64,000 nt of DNA from Cycas panzhihuaensis (GCA_023213395.1 CM041465.1:184209741-184273740); one strand, 5' to 3'. Positions 50,526-64,000 are shown, counted from the first letter of the stretch. Notes: generated from the letters alone by a model not told the origin. Made by a program: numbers and translations.

Positions 50526-52306
50526 TTATGGAACATATTGTCAAATTAGAAGTTGGTGTTAATCCTATAAATATCAAACCATGTTGACATCAATGCCAAT
50601 GGAAAACATGGATAGAATGACTGGTATGGGAACTATTGGATGAGAGAGCTAATGCCCAACAAAAGCCCATACTCCTCATTGATCATATTGGTAAGAAAGA
50701 AGGATAGATCTTTCTAGATGTGTGTTGATTATCAAGCATGGCACAAAGTTACTGTGAAAATCAATTTCTTGTTCCTTGGGTTGATGATTTCCTATACAAC
50801 TTGCATAGAGCAAAGTCCTTCACTAAAATAGACTTGAAATCATGGTGTTATCAAATCAAAATTTGATTGTAAGACACCTTCAAGGTGACATCTAAGATCC
50901 ATAAGGGACATTATGAATTCAAAATCATGCTCTTTGGCCTTTCTGTTGCACCAACAACATTCCAAGTACTAATGAACAAGGTATTCCTTCTATTCCTTAG
51001 AAAATTTACCCTTGTTGTTTTTGGACAATTTATTGGTTCATAACAAAGATTTGGAAACAATGTTTGGAACATGTTGGTTTGGTCCTCAAGTTCTTAAGGA
51101 TAATGAGTTCCATGTAAAGAAAGGAAAATGTGCATTTGGGCATGGGAAAGCATAATAACTTGGATATTTAATCTGTAAAGAAGGGGTGGAGGTGGATCCT
51201 AAGAAAATAAAGGTAATAGTAGAATGTCTTAAAATTAAGAGGGTTCCAAAGTTCCTGTGGATATGCTTGGGAAGCATCCACATTAACAGATCTCCCACTC
51301 ATTTGCATGGAGTTTGGACATTGAAGAAGCCTCCTTAAAAAAAAAAAAAAGAAGAAGCTTACGATTAGTGTTATGTTATTTTCATAACCCTAGATTTCTC
51401 CAAACCCTTTGAATTAGAATTTGGTGCATAGGGGATGGGTATTGGCGTAGTGTCCATGCAAAAAGGATGACTAATAGCATATGATAGCCGAAGTTGAACA
51501 AATAGGAACAATTGAAGTTTGTATGCAATAACAAAGTGCTCATAATCATGTATGCAATTAATAAATAGTGATAGTAAGTTCATAGTCTAGACTAAGCACA
51601 ATGGTTTAAAATATTGTTTTAATTAACTGTTTATAATCCAAGAGTAATGGAAATGGGTGAGCAAACTTCAAGCCTTAGACTTTAAAATCAAATATAAAAA
51701 GGGCAAAGGAAATATTGTTGTCAATGCACTATCCAAGAATGATGAGGAGGCAGCTTTATGCATAACATCCATAATGATTCCATTCTGCATATCAGAGGTT
51801 TAAGAGTAATACACAAAAGATCCTCCAAAGTTTGGAACAAAATCGACGAGCACAAGACATTAGTTTTGAATGGAAGAAGAATATCTTGTGGTGCAAGGGA
51901 GGAATATACCCAACCTTGTCATCAATATTCAATGAACATGTTGTAAACAATAATTGAATGTAAATAATAAGAAAATGACATACATGTGCGTGGTGGAATT
52001 GGTCTACTAACAAAGAATAATTGTGCCGATAGGCACCCTTAGGTAACTTCGCTCATGACTATTTACTCTGCTCCATAGAGTAGTAGTTACAAAACTCAAA
52101 AATAATAATAGTAATCATAATTTCTAGTTTTAACCTCCTGTAACAGCCTCCTGATTGACTTGCAACACTTGCCACTTGTATCAAAGTTATTATCACTATT
52201 GCTGCCATTGCAACTTCCACAGTTTAGTGGCTCGATTCTACGATCAAAGGAGAGCCTATTGGCACTTACATATCAAACAATTTGCACCAGTTGATATCCA
52301 TCTTTA

Positions 52307-52380
52307 ACACACACACACACACACACACATATATATGTGTGTGTATGTATGTGTGTATGTATGTATGTATATGTATATAC
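52307..52380. repeat. Compound microsatellite (AC)n(AT)n(GT/GTAT)n
   Basis: Read directly from the sequence. Confidence 0.9.
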
Positions 52381-52399
52381 AAGCTCTTGCTTGTGCATT

Positions 52400-53487
52400 G
52401 TTGGACACTTGCCAATCATGCGAGAAGTCTTAACTAATTGACATAAGGAATTATAGCCCACAATATTAAGTGTAGAGCTTGAAGTGTAATAAAGTACATT
52501 AAGTACAATATAATGAAGTCAACATTAAGTCTAACACTCCCTTTCAATGTTTACTTCATTGGCTCTTGCATCAAGACCACCTCTAAACTTCTCAAACTTG
52601 TTTCCTTCTAGAGGTTTGGTGAAGTTTGTTACTTGCTCATTTATAGGTCTATATACAAGCTCAATCTCTTTGTTTTAAACCTACTCCCTAATGAAGTGAT
52701 GATGCAATTCTATGTGTTTAGTGCATGCATGAAACATAGGGTTTTGGGCCATCTTTAATGTACTTTGATTGTCATAGTATGCCTTTGCAACACCTTTTTG
52801 ATGAAACTCCAAGTTATCAAGGATGTATCTTAACCAAATGGCTTTATATCTAGCTCTAATTGCAACTTTGTACTCTAGTTTAGTTGATGAGAGAGCAATA
52901 TTAGATTGCTTCTTATTGCTTTGAGTTATTGCAACTAAGCCAAGACTAAAGCAGTATGCAAAGGTGGACCTTTTACTTTCACTACATCTAGTCGAGTCTG
53001 AATTAGCGAATCCTTCTAATATGAAGTTGTTGTAAATGAACTCAAGTCCATGTTATAGAGTTCCTTGTAAGTATCTCAGAATCCACTTTATAGCCATCTA
53101 GTGACTCCCCTTTGGTTCAACCATGAACCTAGTTATCATGCCAACTAAATAGGTAATGTCAAGCCTAGTTGTAGTAAGATAGATCCAACTACCAACTAGT
53201 TGCTTGTATAGGGTTCCATCCATATGTTTTCCTTCATCTTGGGCTGATGGCTTGGTCTTTGCTTCCATTGGGGTTAGTGTAGGTTTACAATCTTCATCTT
53301 GTATCTCTTTAGGATTTCCCTAGTGTGTTTCACTTAGGAGATGAATATTCTCCCAAGTTTTTGTCAAATTTCTACTCGAAGGCAATAATTGAGTAGTCTA
53401 GGATTTGACATCACAAAGTTGCACTTTAGGTCCTTTGGTTCCTCTATCATTTAGAGACCATTTCCAATGATGGTTAAATCATCAACA
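52400..53487 (-). mobile_element. Element K: 3' part of a decayed Copia (RT C-terminus, RNase H, PPT, LTR edge at 52536), interrupted by L
   Basis: Minus-strand YKQLVGSWIYL, KHIELHHHFIRE and VDDL, which is cut at 53487; ctaaca|ctccctt LTR/PPT junction. Left boundary uncertain. Confidence 0.8.
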
Positions 53488-53875
53488 TGTTAGAATATAT
53501 AATGTCTTATCATTTTATTATAATGTAACCTTAGTATAAGTCATGCCATTAATAAAGTAACTCTAAATTAAGATTATTTTTAATGACCCCTTGTATATAA
53601 ATACATGATGTACTTCTCAATGAGACAATACAATTTTATTGTTCTTCTCTCTTCATCGGTTCTCTGCTCCAACATGGTATCAGAGCCAAGATAGGTCACT
53701 CTGCATCTATAGATTGAGAACCTATACGGTTGTATGGACAACCCGTACACTGTCAGTACAAAAAAATTGACTGTCTCAGATTTGGCTCAAATTTTACAGA
53801 TAGACTTCCCTTTGCACACTGATCATCTTTTCTAAAAGGGTCGAAGTTAGATTCCTCACCATTTTGTTGGAACAT

Positions 53876-53911
<36 letters not shown>

Positions 53912-56900
53912 GATTGATATTAGACTTGAATCTGGTATCAAATGAAAGCTCTCGAGAAGACTTTTCCATCGATATACGACTTGACCAGGTTCAATTAGCA
54001 TCTGAGAAGAACCAAGCAAAAAAGGCATTAAATCCTAGCCTAGATCACAAAATCGAGACCTGATTCATATTCCTTGTAGAAAACTCTTTCATTTGACATC
54101 GGTTTCATCAAATTCTGAGGAGGTCAATTTTTTGGCTATAAGGCAGTCTATACAACAGGTAGTACGATTTCGTACAACAGTACCACACTATAGCAGGCTC
54201 CAGTTAGGCCTCTGTTAGGGAAGTGAAAAACTTTATCTAGTTCTAGTCTTCTTTTCTTTAATTTTTTGTTGAGATTCTTTTTTTTTTAAGCCTTTGTTGT
54301 CAATCTCTCATGGGTATATAACTCTGCATGGCAGTTACCCATTCCCTGCCTTAGAGACCTTGTTCTGGGGGTCTATAAATATTGCATTAGACTTGTCGTT
54401 ATGAGCTAAGCATGATTGGAATATACACGAGCATGTGAAGTGAGGGGATATATAAGGACCCAATACCCAAGCCTCATATAGAACTCACGGATTTGAGCCT
54501 CCACATGTTGCAAGGTATATAGGAAGACCCTATAGGACTCGTATCCATTCCCTAGAATAGGTAAACTATCGACTATTGAAGTCTCGTAGTGCAGTGGTTA
54601 GTGATTAGCACCACAAAGCTACCTGGCACAAATCTCATCTTGAGATTTATCATTAGGCCTACAAGACCAAGTAATCCCTTACATAGGTTAATAGGAGTCT
54701 GTCTATACCTTATCATGGCTTTCTCACTTCGCATCTTTGATTCTGAGAAACTCACTGGAGACAATTATGAATCATGGAAGACTACGATCATCTGCTCCAT
54801 CCTAATTGCCCATGGAGGATGGGACCAACTGAAGCTTCTAAAGCTGAGCCAATAGATGCAGCAGAGAAGAAACTATATCTAGAACAAAAAGGCTTTGCTC
54901 TTGCTACAATCACTCTTTCAGTCTCAGATACCCTTTTACCTCACATATCAAGAGCCACAACTCCTCATGAAGCATGGATTATTCTGTCAACCCTGTTTGT
55001 TCAAAAGAATACTGCATGTATCATGGCCCTTTTGAATCAAAAGCCCCAACTTAAAATGACAGAGATAGAAGATTCATTTTATTCGTGGCGCGTTTCAAAA
55101 AGATCCAGGAGTCTTGCTTCCATTGGAGTTACTTATTCAAACAGTGATCTGATTGACTTGATTATACATAAATTGCCATCCAAATTCAGGCCCTTCATCA
55201 CTAGCTATCAAACGATAGCAAAACTTGTCAAACCTACCTTTGATACTATTTGTGGCCAAATTCTTCACTATGAGCAGATTGATGTCAACTTAGACAGTGA
55301 CCTGGAGAATGCATTTGCATCCAAAATAAACATTTGAGGATGAGGCTACCCAACTAGAGCTATATACTAAGCACTTGAACGAGGGAAAAGACTTGTATCC
55401 GGTTATATAGCCCAACTAGAGGTCGATGTTCATTCTGAGCTCCACCACAAAAGTACTCTGGAAGAAAAACATGATGAACTGTCATCTGCTACTATTGTGG
55501 AAAAATAGGACACTTCACCACATATTGTCGTCATCAAAAGGCTGACTTAGAGAGGGGAATCATTTGTTGTAGGGAGCTACTATGGACAAACATAAAAGGG
55601 TGACCAAAGAGGAAAGGACGAGAAAGAAGAAATTGCCTTCATCACTGCTCTCTCTTCAACCACTGGTAACCAAAGCTCGGATGACTGGTTCATTGATTTA
55701 GGAGTATCACGACACATCCCACAAACATTCTTGGTTTAGTCATATTAAACCACTACAAGGAGCAGGAACTGTAGAACTTGGAGACAACACCACCCATTTA
55801 ATTCAGGGTAGCGGTATAGTGCTACTTGCCATGCCTAATGGAGCCATTGAAAATGTTGGACAAGTTCTATATGTGCCGAGAATGACCAAGAACCTGTTAT
55901 CAGTCTCTCAATTGATTGACAAAAAGATGAAAGTTTTGTTTGATGATGATAAATGTATTATCTTTGATAAGAATAAAGATGACAAAGTGATTGGTGAAGG
56001 AATCAAAACAAAAGGACTGTATAAATTTCTTGCCTAACCAATACTCTCTGCATTAAATGTAACTCATAATGTTGATAATGAAAAACTTTGGCATTTGTGT
56101 TATGGGCACTTGTCTTATGATGGCTTGTCAAACTTAAGCAAATATGATATGGTGGAAGGATTGCCCTAGATTTAAAAAAATAAATTTTGTATGTGATGTT
56201 TGAATGATGGGCAAACAACATAGATTACAATTTCCTCAAAGTATTAGAACGACCAACTACAAACTTCAACTTGTTCACAGTGACCTGTGTGGTCCATTTA
56301 CTTCTCCATCTGTGCAGGGTGCACGATATTTTTTGACATTTATTGATGATTATTCAAGGAAAATTTGGATATGTTTTCTTAAACTAAAACCAGATGTCTT
56401 TGAAGCCTTTCTAAACTTCAAGACTAAGGTTGAAAAAGAAAGCGGTCACTGTATTGAAATCTTGAGAACTAATAGTGGAGGGGAATTTACCTCAAATGAA
56501 TTTAAAATTTATTATGAAAAATAGGGAATGCAGAGACAATTAACAACCACATATACTTCTCAATTCGACGGGGTAGCAGAAAGGTAGAATAGAACTATAA
56601 CTGAAATGAATTAGTCACTTCTAAAGCAAAAGGGAGTATCAAATCGGTATTGGGCTGAGGCTGCAAACACTGTAGTATACTTGCTTAACTGAAGCCCAAC
56701 TAAGACTTTGCATAACATAACTCCAGAAGAATCTTGGAGAGGACAAAAACTTGATATATCACATCTCCAGATTTTTGGTTCAATTGTATATATGCATATT
56801 CCTGCTGAAAAACACAAAAAGCTGGATGGTAAGAGTAGAAAGTTTATTCTTGTAGGATACAATGATACCTCCAAAGCATACTGATGTCTTGATCCATTTA

Positions 56901-57761
56901 CTGACAAGATATATCCAAGTAGAGATGTATACTTTGATGAAACATATGACCTATTAATAGAGAATATTTCTCAAAATATAATCCAATCTTATGGGCATTT
57001 ACCTTTGACTATTCCTCATCGTGTGGAACAACCTTCTCTAATAGAGACCTCTATGGTTCTTGGTGAACATCAGGAACTAGAAACATCAAGAGGAACTTCA
57101 AGCCAAGACTCTAATGATACTCCCTCAGATAGCACAGGAGATACTCAAGTATGTTAGACCCATGCTCAACCAAAAAGGATTCCAAAATGGCATTTCAAGA
57201 TTGTTGAAGATTCTGGAGTTGATCCTGGAGATCTCCAAGAAGGAAGGAAAACTAGGAGTCAAGTTCACTCTCACTACGAACTTGCAGTTAATACTGACAT
57301 TTCTTATCAATAAGCTAGAGATGACCCTCATTGTAGCAAAGCCATGGAAGAAGAAATGGACTCAATTAAGAAAAACAAAACCTGGGATCTAGTTGCACCT
57401 CCACTAGGAAAACCAGCTGTTGGATGCAAATAGCTATTTAAAGTCAAAGAAAAGGCTGATGGATCCATTGAAAAATATAAGGCTCAAGTTGTTGCTAAAG
57501 GATTCACCTAGACTCATGGCATTGACTACGAGGAAACCTTTGTCTCAATTAACAAGATGATAACAATTAGAATGGTCCTTGCCCTGGTAGCTCAACACAA
57601 TTGGCTAATCTATCAAATAGATATCAAAGGGGCTTTTCTAAATGGGTAATTACAAGAAGAAGTATATTTGCAACAACCTCCAGGACATATAGTTGTTGGA
57701 CAAGAGCATTTAGTTTACACATTGAACAAACCTCTATATGGGTTAAAACATGCTTTAAGAT
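53488..57761 (+). mobile_element. Element L: Copia (5' LTR 53488-53674, PBS 53675, gag from 54715, PR, INT, RT N-half), interrupted by M
   Basis: tgtta..aaca LTR followed by tggtatcagagcc; KLTGDNYESWK and LVHSDLCGP; LYGLKH is cut at 57761; (CT)n(AT)n at 53877-53910. Confidence 0.9.
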
Positions 57762-60700
57762 TGTGTGCGACCAAAATATTACCTGTTTTGAGTAGATGAA
57801 GGTGCAACCAGGTGCAACAACACTGACTGCAGGTACAACAACATTGACTGCAGGTGCAACAACGATGAATGCAGGTGCAACTAGTGCGGATAGTAAGTGC
57901 GACTAGGTGCAACCAGTGAGGAAAGCAGGGGCAACTAAGTGCAACCAACATTGACAGAAGCACAACCGAGTGCAACTCGGGCATGGATAATGTGATTAGG
58001 GTAGCAACTAAAGAACTCGGGCAGTATTAGTTAGGATTTTAAACTGTAAAGTAGTTATGTAGCTATGTAACTATGTAGAAGAATATAAAGGACAGAACGA
58101 GGATAACTCATCTTATAGAGATATCATTAGCGTCATTGTACATTTTGTAGGTTGTTTTGACTGCAGTTGTATTTGCTTAGGCCTGCGTCTGGTTGTGAGA
58201 GGACTAGACGCAACGCCCTTTTTGTTTAATGAAGTTGGTTATTTGTGCTCCAACCCTGTGCCTTTCTTTATGATTATATTTCTTCGAGTATGATTAATTT
58301 GTAACAAGAAAGGCGCACACATTTGGTTCCGTTGTCGAGTATCCCAAATGTGCAAAAGATGATGGGTTTGTGAAGAACGAGTGAAGAAGGTTGTCCATGC
58401 CACTTAGGGCTAATTCAGTGAGAAAAGTTGAGACTAGACAGGAGAGAAGCCAACGTTGGAAAGCGGAGAAAAGCCAGGAAGGCACTTGTAGACCCAAGGA
58501 GCCAGTTGAAAAGAAATCGGTGAAGAGAAACGTTTTGAAGGGCCAACAAGAGGGAAGGCTGACCCCAGACGTGCGCAGGAAAGAGATTCAACAAAAAGAA
58601 AGAATAGAGGACGCCCAGGAGGAGAAGCGGCAGGTAGAGGCAGAAGATTTAGGACAGACAGAAGATAAGGATGTGCAGATTTTGAAACAGAGCAGGTTAC
58701 CCTAGAAGAAGGAAAAACAATTAGTCTAGAAGTATATAGTACTACCACAGCAGGGTGGGACTGCTACATTGTGGAAGTTAAAGACTCCCATGCCCATGTA
58801 TTAAACCCCTTGTTCGGTAGAATGATTGAAATCTTTTCAGGGTCAACATTTTTGGGAGAAAGCCTAGAAAGTGCAAACAAGATTGTATCAAATCAAGGAG
58901 GAAGTGAAGGAGGAGGAGCAAGCACAGCAAGAAATATAAACAGAACTAGGCAAGGGGGACTAATTTCTTCAGGTCCAACAAATATGATGCAAGGAAATGG
59001 AATGGAGGAGGAAATCAAGCAAATTCTCAATACGTAATAGTTCAAAATGATGCAATGTTTGGGCATTTGCAGTTTGATGGCTTAGGAGATCCGGGAGATC
59101 ATCTGGCTTTATTTTCTAATATGCTAAAGATCAAGAAAATTAAGGATCCGGAGGAGATCAGGGCAAGATTTTTCTCCACATTGCGAGGGGTAGCAATAGT
59201 CTGGTATCAATATGTGGCAAAGACAAATCTCATATGGGAAGTGGTGCGGAATACGCTTTTGACAGATTCCAGAGACTAAGGGATCCAATGTCCATCTTTC
59301 AAGCCTTGGAGGAAATACAGCAAGTGCCAGGTGAGTCAGCAAATTATTTTGATGGTAGACTCAGGATAATTATGAAGAAAATGGATCCTGCTATACCCAT
59401 GAATCCAATGTTGTCCTTAAAATATTTTGTTCAAGGATTGTTGCCTCGTTTAAAAGAAAAAAACATTTTTCATCCATTAAATAGTTATGAACAAGTAAAA
59501 GAATTGGCACTGCGATTTGAGAATCAAATGAGAACATGATACTTACAAATTGGAACATAGAATGCGGGGCAAATAGGCCTACCTCAATGGACAATAAATC
59601 CAGAAGTTGAAACCTTGAGAAAAGAAGTAGAATTGTTGAAACAACATTCCTCGATGGTACCTGTTGGAGTAAATCAACAAAATGAAGAAATTGAAAAATT
59701 GAGGGCAGAGATAGCCAGATTGAAAGTGGGGAAATCTCAGGAAAATATTTGGTGCCCCCTCCCCTCCTTGTGGACAACCAAGACACTTTAAAAATGAGCA
59801 TCAGCAGATGGAGAGACGATGGTGTGACATCTGCAAAAGAGGAAATCATTATACATGGGAATGCTATTATAAAATCCCAGTAAGTGAATCTTTCTATCAA
59901 AGAAAAGAAAATACTTACTTTAAACAATATAAAGGAAAGACAAAACCAATCCGCTGTCATTTATGTTCTAGATGGGGACATTTTCGGACAGGCTGCCCAC
60001 TGCAAAAACAAGGAGATTATATCTGTGAGAAATGTGGCCTAGCAGATCATGAATGGGCAAACTGCCCAAAGAATCCTAGTTTGAAAATATAGACTTCTAA
60101 CTTGGCAACAAAGGTTCCATATAAGGAACAACCAGTCTATATTCAAACGAGAAGTGGAAAAGTTGCTGTTGCACCAGCCGTAGAAAATTTTCTTGACCCA
60201 GCAGTGGAAAAAAGAAGACTACGAGAAGCTGTCCAAGCTATATAGGAAGCAACAAAAACTGTGCAGCAGGACGAAGTAGAACATGCAAACAAATTTAAAG
60301 GCCAAGTTTATCAAAGGTGACCAGTGATGCATGAAGAACAATTGGGGAAAAATCTGTGGTAGAAAATGCAAGAAATGAAGGAAGTATTGATTGAAACAGG
60401 AATTTCCATTCTTGTCACCACAATCTTTAGATGGTGGGAAGCCAGCTACTTTCAACAGGCAATTTTGGATCAAATCGAAAAGCCTATATTGCGAGCTTTG
60501 AAGACATATGCAACTGATCCAAGAGTCTCTATGACTCTTTTTGGTACGATGATTTGCAAAACTATTGTAGATGGTGGGTTAGGAGTAAATGTACTCCTAG
60601 AAACCACATGGATTTCATTGGGACGATCGGAAATGGTTTCCCCAGACTATGCGATTAGATTGGCCAATCAATTGCAAGTTTGACCAATGGGATCTCTGTT

Positions 60701-63700
60701 GAATATCCCAGTTACGGTGGCAGGAATTACAATTTATTTAGATTTTGCAGTTGTGAAAATGCAAAATCATAACAAAACATATCTTGCACTCTTGGGAAGA
60801 CCGTGGTTGCTAGCAACAGAAGCATTGCAAGATTGGGGAAAATTGACTTTTACCTTGCACTCTGCAGGAAAGAAAGTAGTGTTACCCCTTTGTTCGGATG
60901 GACCTCAGATAGAAAAAGTGGAAGATGTAGATACATCGTCCACAACCGCTACTTCAACAGCCACTACAATCAACCCTTGTTTAGAAACGACATTTCAAGT
61001 CTTAAAGAACCCTCCTTAACTTCCAAGTGAGGCTTCATCAACCTACCTGTTGGACTGGTTACAAACTGCATGGGAAGAAGAGGGAGATAAATCCTCAAAT
61101 TGTTGCCTCATGGAGCTATACCCAGACAAACAACAACAGGAGCAGAGTAAAGAAGGTAACCTTGTAGTCCAGGAGAAAAAAGAAAGCTTTGTAAAAAATC
61201 CTTCTTTTAATAAAACTCAAAATGATTGCTTGTATTCCCTATCTAAAAATTTGTCAGTAGAAGAATGTTTGGCTGTAATTTCTAACAGAAAAGGTATCTT
61301 TCTTTGAAAAAAAGTATTGTTATCAAATGAATCGAGAAGAAACAAGGAATTTTCCACAAGCATATTCTATTACAGAATATGGACAAAAGGAGAACTGTCA
61401 GGTGCTAGCCTATGGGCTAAATCGAGACGGGAAAACCATTCAAGAAAGGAAGCTCCAACTAAAAGCAATCAATGTTGGGATAGAGGAAGATCCTAAATGG
61501 ATACAAGTAGGAGATTATTGGGAGCCCGAAATGATATAGAAAGCGACATCACTTTTTTGTGAATACAAGGATGTGTTCGCATGGTCCTATAAGGACCTAA
61601 AGGGAATCCCTCTAGAAGTAGGTGAACATAAGATTGACTTGATAGAAAATGTGAAACCAGTAAGGCAAAGACCTTACAGGATGAACCCACGATACAAAGA
61701 ACAAGTCAAAGTTGAGTTGGACAAATTACTAGAAGCTGGGTATATTTTTGAAGTAGAAAACAGTGAATGGATAAGCCCAGTGGTGATAGTACCCAAAAAG
61801 AACGAAAAACTTCGTGTATGTGTTGATTATAGGGCTTTAAATAAAGCCGCGAAAAAGGATCCATTCCCAATACCCTTCACAAAAGATATACTGGCAAAAG
61901 TAGCAGGCATGAGATATTCTCATTCACATATGGGTTCAGCGGTTATAATCAAGTCCAGATAGCACCTCAAGATCAATTGAAGACGACATTTGTCACAGAA
62001 TGGGGCATTTATGCCTACAGGGTTATGCCATTTGGGCTAACAAATGCTCCAACAACCTTCCAAAGAATTATTCTGAATATCTTTCGGAAGTTCATAGGAA
62101 AACCAATTGAAGTATTTTTGGATGATTGGACTTTGTATAGTCTTTTATAAGATCATTTCCTCCAATTGAGGTTAATGTTGGAATTGTGCAGGGAAAATAA
62201 ATTGTGCTTGAACCTTGACAAATGTACCTTTATGGTACCGTTTGGATCCTTGTTGGGACACATTGTCTCAAAAGGACTAATGACTGATCCAATGAAGGTT
62301 GAAGTAATCTTGAAATTTCCTGTTCCTCAAAACCCAAAAATCTTAAGGGATTTTTGGGAATGATTGGATATTATCGGAAGTTCATAAGAGGATATGCGCA
62401 AATTGCTTATCCTTTGGAATCCTTATTGAAAAAAGCAAACAAATGGGGATGGACAATGCGACAACAACTATCTTTTGATGTTTTGAAGAAAAAGATAGTA
62501 GAAGCCCCTGTGCTTAAATTTCCAGACTGGAACAAACCATTCCATGTGCATGTGGATGCCTCATTGTACGCCATTGGATGCGTATTGGCTCAACCGACTG
62601 ACCAAAAAACAGATCTTTCCATTGCCTTTGCAAGTCGGAAATTAACACCTGTTGAGCGTAACTATACAGTTACGGAACGAGAAGGGTTAGGCATGGTGTA
62701 TGCCTTGCAAAAATTTCGACACTATCTGCTAGCCAATCCATTTGTATTTTTTGTTGATCACCAAGCTTTGTAGCATTTGATTAATAAACTGATTTTGCAA
62801 GGGAGGATTAGTCGTTGGCTAATGCTTTTCCAAGAGTTCATATTTAAAATTGTAGTGAAGAAAGGTGATATGCACGTGATATCGAATCTTTTATCCAGAA
62901 TAAAAGAAGGAGAATCAGGTGCCGGGGTATTTGATGATTTCCCAGACCATAAGTTATTTTCTATTGAAGTTGCTCCATCATGGTATGAAGGAATCGCAGA
63001 ATATTTATCCACAGGGCAAACACCTAGGGGGCTGGAAAAGGCAAAAAGGAAGAGTTTCATCAAGAAAGCCTTTCCTTTCCAATTAATAGGTGGTATGTTA
63101 TAGAAATTAGGGCTAGATGAAGTTTTGCGAAGGTGCATACTGTAACATGAAGTACAACCAATATTGAGGGAAGCACATGAAGGAATAGCTTCATCTCATC
63201 ACAGAGGAGAAGCCACAGCACAGAAAATATTGACAGTCGGACTATGGTGGCCGACATTGTTCGAAGATGCCGAGAAATGGGTAAAATCTTGCGATATCTG
63301 TCAGCAAACTGGTAAGCCGTCCAAACAAAATTTCCTTGCCTCTTCATCCTATTTTGGCCCAAGCTCCATTTGAAAAATGGGGGTTGGATTTTATGGGACC
63401 AATTAATCCCCTGGCAAGAAGGACAAATGCCTGGTATATATTGGTAGCTACAGATTTTTTGACCAAGTGGACATAAGCCAAACCTATGAAGAAGTGTGAT
63501 GCAAGAAGCACATCTCGCTTTTTGTATGAAATTATAGTAAGATTTGGCTGTCCTTTGGAAATTGTATCAGATCAAGGAGGGAGCTTTTTGAATCAATCGA
63601 TAAAATACTTGACCTCAGAGTTCTTGATATAACATGGCAAATCCTCACCATATTACCCCAGAGAAAATGGTCAAGTAGAAAGTACAAATAAAATTTTGAA

Positions 63701-64000
63701 GATAACTCTAATGAAAATTTGTAATGCGCAGCGAACAAATTGGGCAGAAAAATTGTATTCGGTTCTATGGGTAGATAGAACAATGAAAAAAAGATCACAT
63801 AAGCATACCCCATTTCAACTTGCTTATGGACTGGAAGCTGTGGTTCCTCTGGAGTTTCAAGCAGAAAGTCTGAGGGTGGCTCAACATCTAAGATCGAAAC
63901 CTAAAATTTCTTACGACCAAAGATTAATACAACTAATGAAATAGGATGAGACTCGAGCACGAGCCTTATGGGAGTTGCAGATTGAAAAGAAAAGGCGGAA
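57762..64000 (+). mobile_element. Element M: non-chromoviral (Athila/Tat-like) Gypsy; 5' LTR 57762-58321; gag, PR, RT, RH, INT; runs off the window
   Basis: 8-bp inverted termini tgtgtgcg/cgcacaca; tRNA-Asp-like PBS tggttccgttgtcg at 58324; FAWSYKDLKGIP, RVCVDYRALN, FHVHVDAS, ERNYTVTERE, REAHEG and FEKWGLDFMGP. Confidence 0.92.
57800..57980 (+). repeat. Minisatellite of (g)gtgcaac units in the M LTR
   Basis: About ten gtgcaac-like cores, including three 21-bp units of the form caggtgcaacaacactgactg. Confidence 0.85.

Larger units (their letters stand above)
47316..51960 (+). mobile_element. Element I: old, 3'-truncated Gypsy (probable LTR 47316-48117; gag, PR, RT, RH; integrase missing)
   Basis: Relics FIDSGNTHNF (~49875), RKKDRSF*MCVDY (~50700), GHYEFKIMLFGL (~50910) and KWVSKLQALDFKIKYKKGK (~51650). 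Boundaries approximate. Confidence 0.75.
13857..64000 (+). other. Inferred giant intron 2 of the LC8 gene (open-ended, TE-filled)
   Basis: GT donor at 13857. No [7 protein letters not shown]-type final exon was found by eye in the non-TE gaps downstream. Confidence 0.65.

Noticed and set aside
52043-52083. ttag|gtaacttcgctcatgac as candidate LC8 exon 3
   Set aside because: Translates GNFAHDYLLCSIE*, which does not match the [8 protein letters not shown]..FIYFY consensus.
57800-57980. CRISPR-like appearance of the repeat array
   Set aside because: Short degenerate units with no unique spacers, no cas genes, and located inside a plant LTR.

Overview
Eukaryotic, plant-type DNA. The TE families and intron size suggest a large-genome seed plant such as a gymnosperm, but the species cannot be fixed from sequence. 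The only host gene found is a dynein light chain LC8 gene (+ strand): exon 1 at 13567-13668 and exon 2 at 13751-13856. Its last exon (GSYVTHE...) was not found, so intron 2 appears to exceed 50 kb. That intron is filled by nested LTR retrotransposons, most delimited by LTR pairs and 5-bp TSDs. Chromoviral Gypsy A (15442-35696) contains B, C, D and solo LTR E. Copia G (37553-47147) contains F and solo LTR H. Degraded Gypsy I contains solo LTR J. Copia K > Copia L > Athila/Tat-like Gypsy M runs off the window end. Upstream of the gene lie the 3' part of an L1 LINE with RNase H, a heavily decayed Copia, Gypsy remnants, an inverted pair of ~400-bp MITE-like elements and a 287-bp tandem duplication. 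The most notable items are: (1) a very young Copia (C) with heat-shock-element-like arrays in its LTR and a CpG-rich leader insert; (2) related non-autonomous elements D and F with a ~2.6-kb leader and a Gag ORF joined to an RNase H C-terminal relic; (3) the MITE foldback near the promoter; (4) the giant intron. All alignments and counts were done by eye. No prokaryotic-type system, CRISPR array or RNA gene is supported.
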